This document shows, one piece after another, positions 1-12,464 of a stretch of 64,000 nt of DNA. The number at the start of each line of letters is the position of its first letter. The stretch's first letter is position 1. Below the pieces are notes generated by a model. The model saw only the letters and a list, made by a program, of their open reading frames with translations, was not told where the DNA came from and ran no database searches. This stretch comes from Vicugna vicugna. Lineage: Eukaryota. The stretch lies in contig MU057651.1 in NCBI GenBank assembly GCA_013265495.1, forward strand, positions 62,001 to 126,000, in the 5' to 3' direction. The position numbers and the translations under genes are program-made.

Positions 1-905
1 ATATTGTAAAATGATAATCACAGTAGGTTTAGTTAACATCTATTATCTCATATAGATACAATAAAAAGAAAAGATGAATTTCCTTGTGATGAGATCTCTC
101 AGAATCTACTCTCTTAACAACTTTCCTATATGTCACACCACAGTGGTAACTGTAGTCACCATGCTGTACATTACATCCCCATAACTTATTTATTTTGTAA
201 CTGCAAGTTTATACCTTTTGACTACCTTTCTCCAGTTCCCCCTTCCACTTCCTCTCATCTCTGGTAACCACAAATCTGATCTCTTTTTCTATGAATTTGA
301 TGGGGTTTGGGGGGGATTTGGATGTTGGGTTTTTTTAAGAGTCCACATATAAGTGAGATTATATAGTATTTGTCTTTCTCTGTCTGGTATGTTTCACTTA
401 GCATAATGCCTTCAGGGTCCATCCATGGTGTCAAAAATAGTAGGATTCCCTTGTTTTTGTGGCTGAATAATATTCACATATATATCACTTTTTATCACTT
501 CACCCATCAATGGACACTTAGGTAGTTTTCATGTCTTGGCTATAGTAAATAATGCTGCTTCGAACATGGGGGTGAAGATATCTCTTTGACTTAATGTTTT
601 CATTTCTTTTGGATATGTACCCAGAAGTGGAGTTGCTGGATCATATGGTAGTCCTCTTTTTAATTTTTTGAGGGACCTCCATACTGTTTTCTATACTGGC
701 TGTAACAATTTACAACCCCACCAACAGTGCACAAGGACTCCCTTTTCTTCACATCCATGCCAGCATTTGTTATTGCTTGTCTTTCTGATAATGACCATTC
801 TAATAGGCATAACGTGATATCTCACTGTGCTTTTGATTTGCATTTCCCTAATGACCAGTGATGTTGAATATCTTTTCATGTACCTGTTAGCCATTTGTAT
901 ATCAT
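1..905 (-). mobile_element. LINE-1 3' end (ORF2 C-terminus plus 3' UTR), L1MA9-like
   Basis: ORF 691-894 (-) reads IREMQIKSTVRYH...CWHGCEEKGVLVHCWW, the L1 ORF2 Cys-rich C-terminus. Flanking sequence resembles an L1MA-type 3' UTR. Confidence 0.85.
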
Positions 906-1354
906 CTTCTCCACCTTTTGCATCTTGTAAGTAATGCTGCTATGAACATGGGTGTATGAATATCCTTACTTCCCATATATCCTGGACTGGGCACTGCAGA
1001 AGCCTCCAGTCAGGAACATCCAACACTCATGGATAAGAAAAGCTCCAAGAAAACTCTATTCCCCTTACCAAGGACTAAGAAAATGATTATCTAAGAAAAG
1101 ATAAAACATTTTTGGCAGTAACTACCATATGCTAGAAAAATGCCAAAGGAAAAACTAACTCCCAATCCCACAGTTTCAAGGGGGGTAGGGCAGAGGGGTG
1201 ATTTTCCACTTCATTCCACTTCCTACCATGTGGAAGCAGGTGGTGGCTACCTGATTCTCCAGCCCACATACTCTCTCCAGAGTAGTGTCAGACAGGTCCA
1301 GTGGTGAGCTGAGTCTCTATTTCTACCCAACAGGACCAAATTGACATCCAAGTC

Positions 1355-2023
1355 ATCCATTTTTTTTCTGTTACCTGTGCTTTTGGTGATATATCTAAGA
1401 AATCATTGCCAAATCCAATGTTATAAAGGGTTCCCCTTATGTTTTCCTCTAAAAGTTCTATAGTTTTAGATCCGATCATTAGATCTTTATTCTATCTTGA
1501 GTTAATTTTTGTATAGGGTATAAGGTAAGGGTAAAACTTCATTCTTTTGCATTGAATACTCAGTTTTCTCAGCACCATTAGTTGAAGAAACTTTCCTTTC
1601 CCCATTGAATGGTCTTGGCAGGCTTGTCAAAATCCATTTGACTTATATGTAAGAGTTATTTTGGGGCTCTCTATTCTATTCCATTGGTCCATTTGTCTGT
1701 CATTATGCCAGTACTATACTGTTTGATTACTGTAGATTTGTAGTAAATTTTGAAATCAGGAAGTGTGAGTCCTTCTAATTTGTTCTTCAATTTCAAGGTT
1801 GATTTAGCTATTTAGGGTCCCTTGAGAGTTCATATGAATTTTTAGATAGATTTTTCTGTACCTGAGTAAAACATCATTGGGAATTTGATAGGGATTGCAT
1901 TGAATCTCTAAATCGCTTTAGCTAGTTTTGACATCTTAACAATATTATCTTCCATGAACACAAGATGTCTTTCCATTCATTTGTGTCTTCTTTAATTTCT
2001 TTCAGCAATGTTTTGTAGTTTTC
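1355..2023 (-). mobile_element. Older LINE-1 ORF2 fragment, left part of an element split by a younger L1
   Basis: ORF 1288-1479 contains KTIELLEENIRGTLYNIGFGNDFLDISPKAQ (L1 ORF2). The element continues collinearly at 5564. Confidence 0.85.
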
Positions 2024-5000
2024 TTTTTTCTTTTTGTCCAGTTTTATTATGTAGAATTATTAGTTTGACTGCACATACACATTATATTGCATGTAAATAC
2101 ATATATGCAGTATACTGCACATTATTTTTAGTTTTCATATATGTACTAATTATTGTTTCTAAGAGCAGATTAAATCTTTAGCTTTTTAAATTTACATAGT
2201 TATCAAAGGAATAAAGCCAACTACAAAATAAGAATCAACAGAATGCGGTAATCCAATCATAAAGGACAGTCAAATGTGCTTACACATATTCAAGAAATCA
2301 AAATAATAATTAGTTCATTTGTGTCCTTATTATTATTGTTATTATTTTTTAGATTCTTCACATAAATGATGTCATATGGCATTTTTCTTTCTCTTTCCAG
2401 CCCACTTCACTTTGAATGACAGTCTTCAGGTCCATCCATATTGCTGCAAATGGCATTATTTTATTCTTTTTTATGGCTAAGTAGTGTTCCATTGTATATA
2501 TGTACCACCTCTTCTTTATCCAGTCATCTGCTGATGAACATTTGGGTTCCTTCCATGTCTTGGCTATTGTAAATAGTGCTGCTGTGAACACTGGGGTACA
2601 TCTGTTTTTTTTAATTTTATTTTTCTCTGGATACATGCCCAGGAGTGGGATTGGTGGATCACGTGGTAAGTTTATTTTCAGTTTTTTAAGGAACCTCCAT
2701 ACTTTCCTCCACAGTGGCTACACCAATCTATGCTCCCACCAACAGTGTAGGAGGGTTCCCTTTTCTCCACACCCTCTCCAGCATCTATCATTTGTAGACT
2801 TTTCAATGATGGCCATTCTGGCTGGTGTGAAGTGATATCTCATTGTAGTTTTGATCTGCATTTCTCTGACAATTAGTGATGCTGAGCATTTTTTCGTGTG
2901 TCTGTTGGCCATTTGCATGTGTTCATTGGAGAATTGCTTGTTTAGGTCTTCTGCCCATTTTTGGATTGGGTTGCTTGTTTCTTTGATATTAAGGTGTATG
3001 AGCTGTTTGTATATTTTGGGAATTAGTCCCTTGTCATTCACATCATTTGTAAATATTTTCTCCCATTCTGTAAGTTGTCTTTTCATTTTGTTGATGGTAT
3101 CCTTAGCTGTGCAAAAGCTTTTAAGTTTAATTAGATCCCATTTGTTTATTTTTGCTTTTAATTCCGATACTCCAGGAGCTGGTTCAAAAAATATATTGCT
3201 ATAATGTATGTCCATGAGTGTTCTGCCTATGTTTTCCTCTAGGAGTTTTATAGTATCTGGTCTTATATTAGGTCTTTAATCCATTTTGAGTTTATTTTTG
3301 TATACGGTGTTAGAAAATGTTCTAATTTCAGTCTTTTACAGGTAGCTGTCCAGTTTTCCCAGCACCATTTATTGAAGAAACTGTCTTTTCTCCATTGTAT
3401 ATTCTTGCCTACTTCTTCATAAATTAATTAACCATACGTGCATGGGTTTATTTCTGGACTTTCTATCCTGTTCCATTGATCTATGTATCTGTTTTTGTGC
3501 CAGTTCCATACTGTTTTGATTACTGTAGCTTTGTGGTATAGTCTGAAGTCAGGGAGCATGATTCCCCCAGCTCCGTTCTTCTTTTTCAATATTGTTTTGG
3601 CTATTCGAGGTCTTTTGTGTTTCCATACAAATTTTAACATTTTTTCCAGCTCTGTGGAGAATGTCATTGGTAACTTGATAAGGATTGCATTGAATCTGTA
3701 AATTGCCTTGAACAGTATGGCCATTTTAACAATACTGATTCTTCCAATCCAAGAACATGGTGTATCTTTCCACTTGTTCATATTGTCTTCAATTTCCTTC
3801 ATCAGTGTCTTACAGTTTTTGGCATACAGGTCTTTTGCCTCCTTGGGTAGGTTCATTCCCAGGTATTTTATTCTTTTTGGCGTGATGGTAAATGGTATCA
3901 TTTCCTTAATTTACCTTTCTGTTATTTCATTGTTAGTGTATAGAAATGCAACTGATTTCTGTACATTAATTTTGTATCCTGCAACTTTGCCATATTCATT
4001 GATGAGTTCTAGTAGTTTTCTGGTTGCTTCTTTAGGGTTTTCTATGTATAGTATCATGTCATCTGGAAACAGTGACAGTTTTACTTCTTCATTTCCAATT
4101 TGGATTCCTTTTATTTCTTTTTCTTCTCTGATTGCTACAGCTAAGACTCCCAAAACTATGTTGAATTAAAGTGGTGAGAGTGGGCATCCTTGTCTTGTTC
4201 CTGATCTTAGAGGGAATACTTTCAGCTTTTCCCCATTAAATATGATGTTAGCTGTAGGTTTGTCATATATGGCTTTTATTATGTTGAGGTATGTTCCATC
4301 TGTGCCCACTTTCTGGAGAGTTTTGATCATAAATAGGTGTTGAATTTTATCAAAAGCTTTTTCTGCATCTATTGAGAGTATCATAAGGTTTTTATTCTTC
4401 AATTTGTTAACGTGGTGTATCATGTTGATTGATTTGCATATATTGAAAAATCCCTGCATCCCTGGGATAAATCTGCCTTGATCATGGTGTATGATCCTTT
4501 TAATGCATTGTTGGAGTCAATTTGCTAGTATTTTGTTGAGGAGTTTTACATCTATATTCGTAAGTGATATTGGCCTATAAGTTTCTTTTTTTGTGATATC
4601 ATTGTCTGGTTTTGGTATCAGGGTGATGATGACCTCATGGAATGAGTTGGGAAGTGTTCCTTCCTCTGCAATTTTTTGGAATAGTTTCAGAAGAATAGGT
4701 GTCAACTCTTCTCTAAATGTTTGGTAGAATTCACCTGTGAAGCCATCTGGTCCTGGACTTTCATTTGTTGGGAGGTTTTTAATTACTGATTCAATTTCAG
4801 TACTGGTAATTGGTCTATTCATATTGTCTATTCCTGGTTTAGTCTTAGCAGATTGTACCTTTCTAAGAAATTGTCCATTTCTTCTGCGTTGTCATTTTTG
4901 TTGGCGAATAGCTGCTCATGGTATACTCTTATGATTCCTTGTATTTCTGTGGTGTCAGTTGTAACTTCTCCTTTTTCATTTCTGATTTTGTTAATTTGGG

Positions 5001-5563
5001 CCTTCTCCCTCTTTTTCTTGATGAGTCTGACTAAAGGCTGATCAATTTTTTTTTATCTTTTTGAAGAACCAGCTTTTAGTTTCATTGATCTTTTCTATTG
5101 TTTTTTTTTAGTCTCTATTTCGTTTATTTCTGCTCAAATCTTTATGATTTCTTTTCTTCTACTAAATTTGGGGTTTGTTTGTTCTTCTTTCTCCAGCTGC
5201 TTTAGGTGTAAGGTTAAGTTGTTTACTTGAGATTTTTCTTGTTTCCTGAGGTATGCTTGTGTCGCTATAAACTTCCCTCTGAGAACTGCTTTTGCTGAGT
5301 CCCAGAGGTTTTGTATTGTAGTGTTTTCATTTTCATTTGTCTCAAAGTATTTTTTTATTTCCTCTTTGATTTCTTCCTTGATTCACAGGTTATGTAGTAG
5401 CATATTGTTTAGCCTCCACATATTTGCAGTTTTTGCAGTTTTTTTCTTGTAGTTCATTTCTAACCTAATAGTATTGTGGTCTGAAAAGATGCTTGGTACG
5501 ATTCCAATTTTCTTAAATTTGCTGAGGCTAGCTTTGTGAGCCAACATGTGGTCAATTCTGGAT
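2024..5563 (-). mobile_element. 5'-truncated younger LINE-1 (ORF2 with RT and C-terminus, frameshifted) carrying about 270 bp of non-L1 3' sequence and a poly(A) remnant
   Basis: ORFs 2358-4822 give L1 RT motifs ([46 protein letters not shown]). 17-bp TSD AATGTTTTGTAGTTTTC (2007-2023) / AATGTTTTGTAATTTTC (5564-5580). T-rich tail at 2024-2035. Confidence 0.9.
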
Positions 5564-7115
5564 AATGTTTTGTAATTTTCGATGTAAAGTGTTTCACACC
5601 CTTTCTTAAATGTATACCAAAATATTTTATTCTTTTTGATGCTATTGTAAAGAAATTATTCCTTTAATTTCCTTTTCAGATTGCTCATAGTTGGTGTATA
5701 GAAACACAACCAATTTTTCTGCATTCATTTTGTATCTGCAACTTTTGCTGAATGCATTTATTAGTTCTAATGGTTTTATTGAGAATTCTTTAGGGTTTTT
5801 GACCTATAAGATCATATCATCTGTGAACAGAGATATTTACTTCTTCCTTTTCAGTATGGGTACTTTTTTCCTTCACCTAATTGCTTGGGTTGGGCCTTCC
5901 AGTACTGTGTTAAATAGAAGTGGTGAAGGTGGCATCCTCCTCTTGATTCTGATCTCAAAGTAAAAGCTTTCAATCTTTCACCACTGAGTATGGTGTTAGT
6001 TGTGAGTTTTTCACAGATGGCATTTATTATGTTGAGGTAGTTTCCTCCTATTCCTAATTTGCTGAGTGTTTTTATCATGAAAGAGTTGAGTGTTGAATTT
6101 TGTCAAATGTTTTTCCTGTATCCATTGAGATAATCATGTATTTTTTCCTTTCCTTTTCTTAATGCTGTTTATTACACTGATGTATTTTTATATGTTGAAC
6201 AATCCTTACCCCCAGGAATAAAGTCCACTTGTTTATGGTGTATACCCCTTTTAATGTGCTGCTGAATTCAGTTTGCTAATATTTTTGAGTTAATATTTAT
6301 ACGGGATATTGGTCTGTAGTTTTCAATTCTTGTAGTGTCTTTGTCTGGCTTTAGTATTAGTATATAGCTGGCCTGATAGAATGAGTTCTGAAGTGGTTCT
6401 TCCTCTTCAATGTTTTGGAAGCATTTGAAAAAGATTGGTGTTAATTTTTCTTTAAATATTTGGTGTAATTTACCAGTGACAACATCCTGTCCTGGGCTTT
6501 TCTTTGTTGAGAAGTTTTTGATTATTGATTCAGTCTCCTCACTTATTATTGTTCTGCTCATATTTTCTGTTTCTTCAGTATTCCATCTTGGTAGGTTGTG
6601 TGTTTCTAAGAATATGTCTGTTTCACCCAGTTTATCCAATTTGTTGACATACAATTATTCAGAGTCTTCTCTTATAATCCTTTTTATATCTGGAAAACTA
6701 GTAGTAGTATTCCCTCTTTCATTTAATTTTAGGTATGTAGATATTCTCTTTTTCCCTAGTCAACCTAGCTAAAGATTTTGTTGATCTTTTTGAAGAACCA
6801 ACTCTTGGTTTCATTGATTTTTCTCTACTGCTTTTCTATTCTCTATTATATTTATCTCTACTCTAATCTTTATTATTCCATTCCTTTTAATAGCTTTAGG
6901 TTTAATTTGCTCTTCATTTCCTACTCCCTTGAGATGTAAAGCCAGCTTTTGGTGTGAGATCTTTTTTCCTTTTTAGTGTAAGTATTCATAGCTGTAAGTT
7001 TTCTATTAAGCACTGCTTTCACTGTCTCCCAGAAGTTTTAGTATGTTGTGTCTTCATTTTCATTTGTCTCAGATATTTTCTAAGTTCTCTTGTGATTTCT
7101 TCTTTGACCCATTGG
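5564..7115 (-). mobile_element. Older LINE-1 ORF2 fragment, right part
   Basis: ORFs 5851-6078 and 6268-6654 are degenerate L1 ORF2 (KKSPGQD, KPDKDTTRIENYRPIS). Confidence 0.85.
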
Positions 7116-8200
7116 TCAAAGTTTAATAAACTTTTCTTGAGTTCCTTTGGAACCCAAAATCTCTAGGTGGTCTGTCTTCATCTTTCAAGGTTTCCTATGC
7201 TTTTTGTTGTGATATGTCTATGGTTTTTTAATTGGAAGAAGAAAGTCATGGAAGGGATAGGGCTGCTCTACCTTATCAAGAACTAGAAATCTGCAGGTCA
7301 GATTTCTGCTGTTCAATAAAATTGGATCCAGCTTAGATCTGGCTATGGTCCTGCAGCTTCCCAACTGCATGACTTTCAGGCAAGACACTTGTACTCTCTG
7401 CATGTGTCTTTATTTATTGTTGTAGAGAGAAGTCTTTGGATTTCTACAAATTTGTCTCTATCTATCTCTGAGAATCCAAATGTCTTTTGACAAGAAAGGT
7501 TACATTTTGATGAAAGCTAATATACCAATTTGTTTTCTGTTAGAGTTTGGTTTTTTGAGTTCTAATTTAATTTTTTTTTACCAACTCAAATTCTCTAAGA
7601 GTTTCTTCTGTGTTTTCTTCTAGAAACTTTCAGTCTGTGACAGTTTGAGTCAACATTTGTATATGATGTGAGGTAAAGTTATTCTAATTACAGTGATGGT
7701 GGTCATGATTATGATTATCATCACTGATAAAGTTTCAACTGAAACCAGCTCTTCCAACACTGTTATTGAAAAGAGTGTCTATTCCCCCATTGAATTGCCT
7801 TGGAATATTTGTTAAAAGCGTATATGTGTGAGTCTATTTCTTGACTATTCTTTTCCATTGCTCAATTTGTCTGTATTTATGCTGATACCACACTGTTTTG
7901 ATTACCACTCTATTATAATAAATCTTGCAGTAAGGTAGTGAAAGTTTCTCCAAAACGTTCCCCTTCTCAAAGTCATTTGGACTATTCTCAGTCCTTTGGA
8001 TTTTTTAATGTAAATTTTAGAATCAGATTGTCAATTTCTATTAAAAAAAACTACTGGGATTTAATTTATGCCATCAATGTTTTATAGTTTCAGTGTTCAG
8101 ATCGTGCACATCTTTTGTCAAATTTATCCCTAAGTATTTCATATTTCTGATGCTACTGTAACTGATACTGTTTTAAATTTTACCTTAGCTGTTCATTGCT

Positions 8201-8619
8201 TGTAGAGGGCTGAATATTTTCCCTTTAAATTCATGTTCACCCAGGACTTCAGAATGTTAACTTATTTGTAAATAGGGTCTTTGCAGGTATAATTAACTAA
8301 GAATTGAGATGAAGTCATACTTAATTAGGATGAGCCCTAAATCCAATGAACATATCCTTAGAAGAGACAGAAAGGACACACAGAGGAGAAGCAGAAATTG
8401 GAGTTATGCTACCACAAGCCAAGGAATGCCTAGGGCCACCAAAAACTGGAAGAGGTAAGGAAGGACTTTTCCCTAGAGCCATCACAGAGAACCTAGCACT
8501 GCTGACACCTTGATTTGGACTTCTGGCCTATGGACTATGAGAGAATAAATTTTTCAGTTTTTTAAAGCCACCAAGTTTATGGTAATTTGTTACAGCAGTC
8601 TCAGAAAACTAGAAATACA
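8201..8619 (+). mobile_element. MaLR solo LTR, MLT1C-like
   Basis: TG...CA ends and MLT1 motifs (gccctaaatccaatga, aagccaaggaatgcc, gacaccttgatttggacttctggcct, aataaa, aagccaccaagtttatggtaatttgttacagcag). Confidence 0.85.
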
Positions 8620-10182
8620 ACTAAATTTGTATATTGATCTTATATCTTGCAGCCTTTATAAACTCACTTATTAGCTCTAGTACTTTTTTGTATGTTACAT
8701 AGGATTTTTTATGTAGACAAAGATTTGTCTATATTTTCCTTTGCAATCCTGTATGACTTTTATTTCTTTTCCTTATCTTATTGTACTGGCCTTGTACAAC
8801 CTTGAATACAATGCTGAATCTAATTTGTGAAAGTGTCCATTTTTGCCTTGTTTGTTATCTTGGGGGAAAACATTTAGCCTTTAGGCACACATCATTACGT
8901 ATGTTTTTCATAAATGTATCAGGTTAAGGAAAGTCTTTTCTATACCTGGGTGCTTAGTATTTTAGTTAATAATTCATTTTTAAAACTTTAGCAAATGTTT
9001 TTTCTTTCTCCCTTGAGATGACCATATGTTTTTTCTTTTATGTCAATGTGGTGAATTACAATTTTCAAATATTAACCCTGCCTTGAATCTTTGGGATAAA
9101 CCTTACTTGGTGATGGTGTATTGTAATTTCTATATATAATGAATTAGATTTTACTAAAGTTTGATAAGAATTTTTTGCATATATGTCCATGAAGGAGGTT
9201 GGTTTGTAGTTATCTTTCCTTGTAATATAATTGTCTGGTTAGGTATCTGGGTAATTCTAGTCTTGTAGGGTAAGTTGGGAAGTATTACCTTCTTGTCAAT
9301 TTTCTATGGGTTTTGCATAGAATTGGGGTTATGTCATCCTTAAATGTTTGGTAGAATTACCTACCAGTAAAGCCATCTTGACCCATAGGTTTCTTTGTAA
9401 GAAGTGTTTTAAATAAAATTTCCATTTATTTAATAGCATTAGGGCTTTCTTCTATTCTAATATAAATATTTATGCTACAAAATTTCCCGAGTACTGCTTT
9501 AGCCACATCCCACAAATTATGTGTTGAGTTTTCATTTTCACCCAGTTCAAAGTCTCTTGTAATTTCCCTTTTGATTTCTTCTTTGAGTTATTTACACTGT
9601 ATTATTTGATGTTAATTCAAATATATGGGGATTTTTCAGAGATCTTTCTGTCATTAGTTTCTCATTTAATTCTATTATGCTCAGAGAACATACATTTTAT
9701 TATTTGAATCCTGTTAACATTATTGAGGTTTATTTTATGATCCTGAATATGGACTATCTTGGTAAATATTCCATGTGCATGTGAAACAAATGTACATTCT
9801 ACTATTGGTGGTAAGCTCTACAATCATCAACTAGGTAAACTGGTTCATAGTGCTGTTCAAGTTTTATATGTACTTTCTGATTTTCTGTCTACTTGTCCTA
9901 TCAATTTTTTAGAGACGGTGTTGAAATCTCTGACTGTAATTGTGAATTTGTCTGTTTTCCCCTGTAGTTTTATCAGTTTTGGCTTCATGTATTTTGAAGC
10001 ACTGTAATATGTGAATATTTACGATTGGTATGTCTTCTTGACAAACTCACCACTTAAAATTATATAATGACATTCTATGACCATGATATCCCTGGTATTA
10101 TTCTTTTTCTGAAATTTATTGTATCTGATACCATTATGGCCACTCAAACTTCATTCTGACTAATGTTAAGATTGTTCATGTT

Positions 10183-10917
10183 CCTCCTACACTGCTGGTG
10201 GGAATGCAGTTTGGTGCAGCCACTGTGGAAAACAGTGTGGAGATTCCTCAAAAGACTAGGAATAGACTTATCATATGACCCAGGAATCCCACTCCTGGGC
10301 TTGTATCCAGAAGGAACTCTACTTCAGGATGACACCTGCACCCCAATGTTCATAGCAGCACTATTTACAATAGCCAAAACATGGAAACAGCCTAAATGTC
10401 CATCAACAGGTGACTGGATAAAGAAGAGGTGGTATATTTATACAATGGAATACTACTCAGCCATAAAAACTGACAACATAACACCATTTGCAGCAACATG
10501 GATGCTCCTGGAGAATGTCATTCTAAGTGAAGTAAGCCAGAAAGAGAAAGAAAAATACCATATGAGATCGCTCATATGTGGAATCTAAAAAACAAAAACA
10601 AAAACAAACAAACAAACAAAAACAAAGCATAAATACAGGACAGAAATAGACTCATGGACAGAGAATACAGACTTGTGGTTACCAGGGGGGTAGAGGGTGG
10701 GAAGGGATAGACTGGGATTTCAAAATTGTAGAATAGATAAACAAGATTACACTGTATAGCACAGGGAAATATACACAAAATGTTATGATAAATCACAGAG
10801 AAAAAAATGTGACAATGAGTGTGTATATGTCCATGAATGACTGAAAAATTGTGCTGAACACTGGAATTTGACACAACACTGTAAAATGATTATAAATCAA
10901 TAAAAATGTTTAAAAAA
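10183..10917 (+). mobile_element. Young camelid-type LINE-1 3' fragment
   Basis: Nearly intact ORF2 C-terminus ([21 protein letters not shown]...[23 protein letters not shown]), 3' UTR, AATAAA and A-tail. TSD AAGATTGTTCATGTT at 10168-10182 and 10918-10932. Confidence 0.92.
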
Positions 10918-10932
10918 AAGATTGTTCATGTT

Positions 10933-11507
10933 CTACTGCTGCTGGGAATGTAGTATGGTGCAGCCATCATGGGAAACAGTATGGAGATTACTCAGAAAAC
11001 TAAAACTAGACTTACCATATGATCGAGCAATCCCACTTACGGGTATATATCTGGAAGGAACTCTAATTCAAAAAAATACATGCACCCCAATGTTCATAGC
11101 AGCACTATATACAATAGCCAAGACATGGAAACAACCTAAATGTCCATTGACAGATGACTGGATAAAGATGTGGTATGTATATATATCTTGATAGAAGATA
11201 TATATATGAATACTACTAAGCCATAAAAAAATAATGCCATTTGCAGCAACATGGATGGACCTAGAGATTGTCATTCTAAGTGAAGTAAGCCAGAAAAAGA
11301 AAGAAGAACACCATGTGATATCACTCATATGTAGAATCTAAAAAAGAAGAAGAAAAAAGGATGCTATGAAGTCTACAAAACAGAAACAGACTCGCAGACA
11401 TAGTAAACAATCTTATGGTTACTGGGGAAATGGGGTAGGAAGGGATAAATTTGGGAGTTTGAGATTTGTAAATGTTAGCCACTATATATAAAAGCAGGTT
11501 AATAAAA
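10933..11507 (+). mobile_element. Second, more diverged LINE-1 3' fragment, tandem to the first
   Basis: ORF 10922-11191 is the same ORF2 C-terminus. It ends in AATAAAAA followed by a diverged TSD copy, AAGATTGCTCTTGT, at 11508. Confidence 0.88.
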
Positions 11508-11797
11508 AAGATTGCTCTTGTATTTCCATTCTTTTGCTGGTAATCAGTTTGTATTTTTAAATTTAAAATAGGTTCTTATAGGCAGCATATATTTATGTCT
11601 TCCTTTTCTATACAATCTAACAATCTCTGCTTTATAATTGAGCTCTTTAGACCATTTACATTAATGTAATTATCGGTAATGATATGTTTGTGTTTTAGTC
11701 AACTATCTTGCTATTTGTTTCCATTTGTCCCATCTGTTCTTTGTTTTCTTTTTCCTCTAACACTTTTTGATTATTTTGAAAATTCCATTTTATCTCA

Positions 11798-11831
11798 GGG
11801 GAAGGGTATATATAGCTCAAGTGGTAGAGTG
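11798..11831 (+). mobile_element. 5' fragment of a Vic-1-like tRNA-derived SINE, with no tail
   Basis: GGGGAAGGGTATATATAGCTCAAGTGGTAGAGTG includes the pol III A-box and is flanked by direct repeats CATTTTATCTCA (11786-11797, 11832-11843). Confidence 0.75.
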
Positions 11832-12464
11832 CATTTTATCTCATATGTTGGCTTATTACCTACAGCATTTTTCATGGTTGTTTTAAGGTTTATAATATAC
11901 ATTTTTAACATTTCAGAATCTATGTTCAAGTGATATTAACATATAGAATAAGAACTTTAAAATTGCATACTTCCATTCCCCTCTCTCCTGGCCTTTATGC
12001 TACTTTTCACATACACTTTACTCCCACACATGTTATAAATCCTGCAATACACAGTAAGTTGTGGGCAATCAGAAAGCTCACATTGTTTCCCCTTTCTCAG
12101 AGAAATTTTTCCTCCGCTGTCTGATGTTCAGTAACAGAAAACTGTTGCTTCATCTATCTTGTCCAGATTTTCATTGTTTCAGTTAGGGAAGTAAATCCAG
12201 TCCCTGTTACTCGATTTTCATTTGAAGTATAAATATGTCTTGATGTCTTAAATAATGGTTAATCCTGAAGGCATTATTTCACTTCTAACCAAAGTGCATT
12301 TCCTGTGCTATCTGGACTTCCTGGAAGAGTCCAGTGTGCACTCTTTCTGCTCTGCCTCTGGTTAGAAAATTCAAACTGCATTGCTTTCTTTGGTCACAAG
12401 GTGGCCCTTAAGTTTATTTTCTGAATTTCCCGTCAATGGATTTGAATTTTTTTAAGAAAAAAAA

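Larger units (their letters stand above)
7480..12230 (-). mobile_element. Ancient degraded LINE-1, host of later MaLR, L1 and SINE insertions
   Basis: T-rich plus strand with recognisable antisense ORF2 segments such as ttggtagaattacctaccagtaaagccatct. Boundaries approximate. Confidence 0.7.

Noticed and set aside
2358..4822. Reverse-transcriptase ORFs as a novel retroelement or defence system
   Set aside because: They are ordinary fragmented LINE-1 ORF2 with frameshifts and a 5' truncation.
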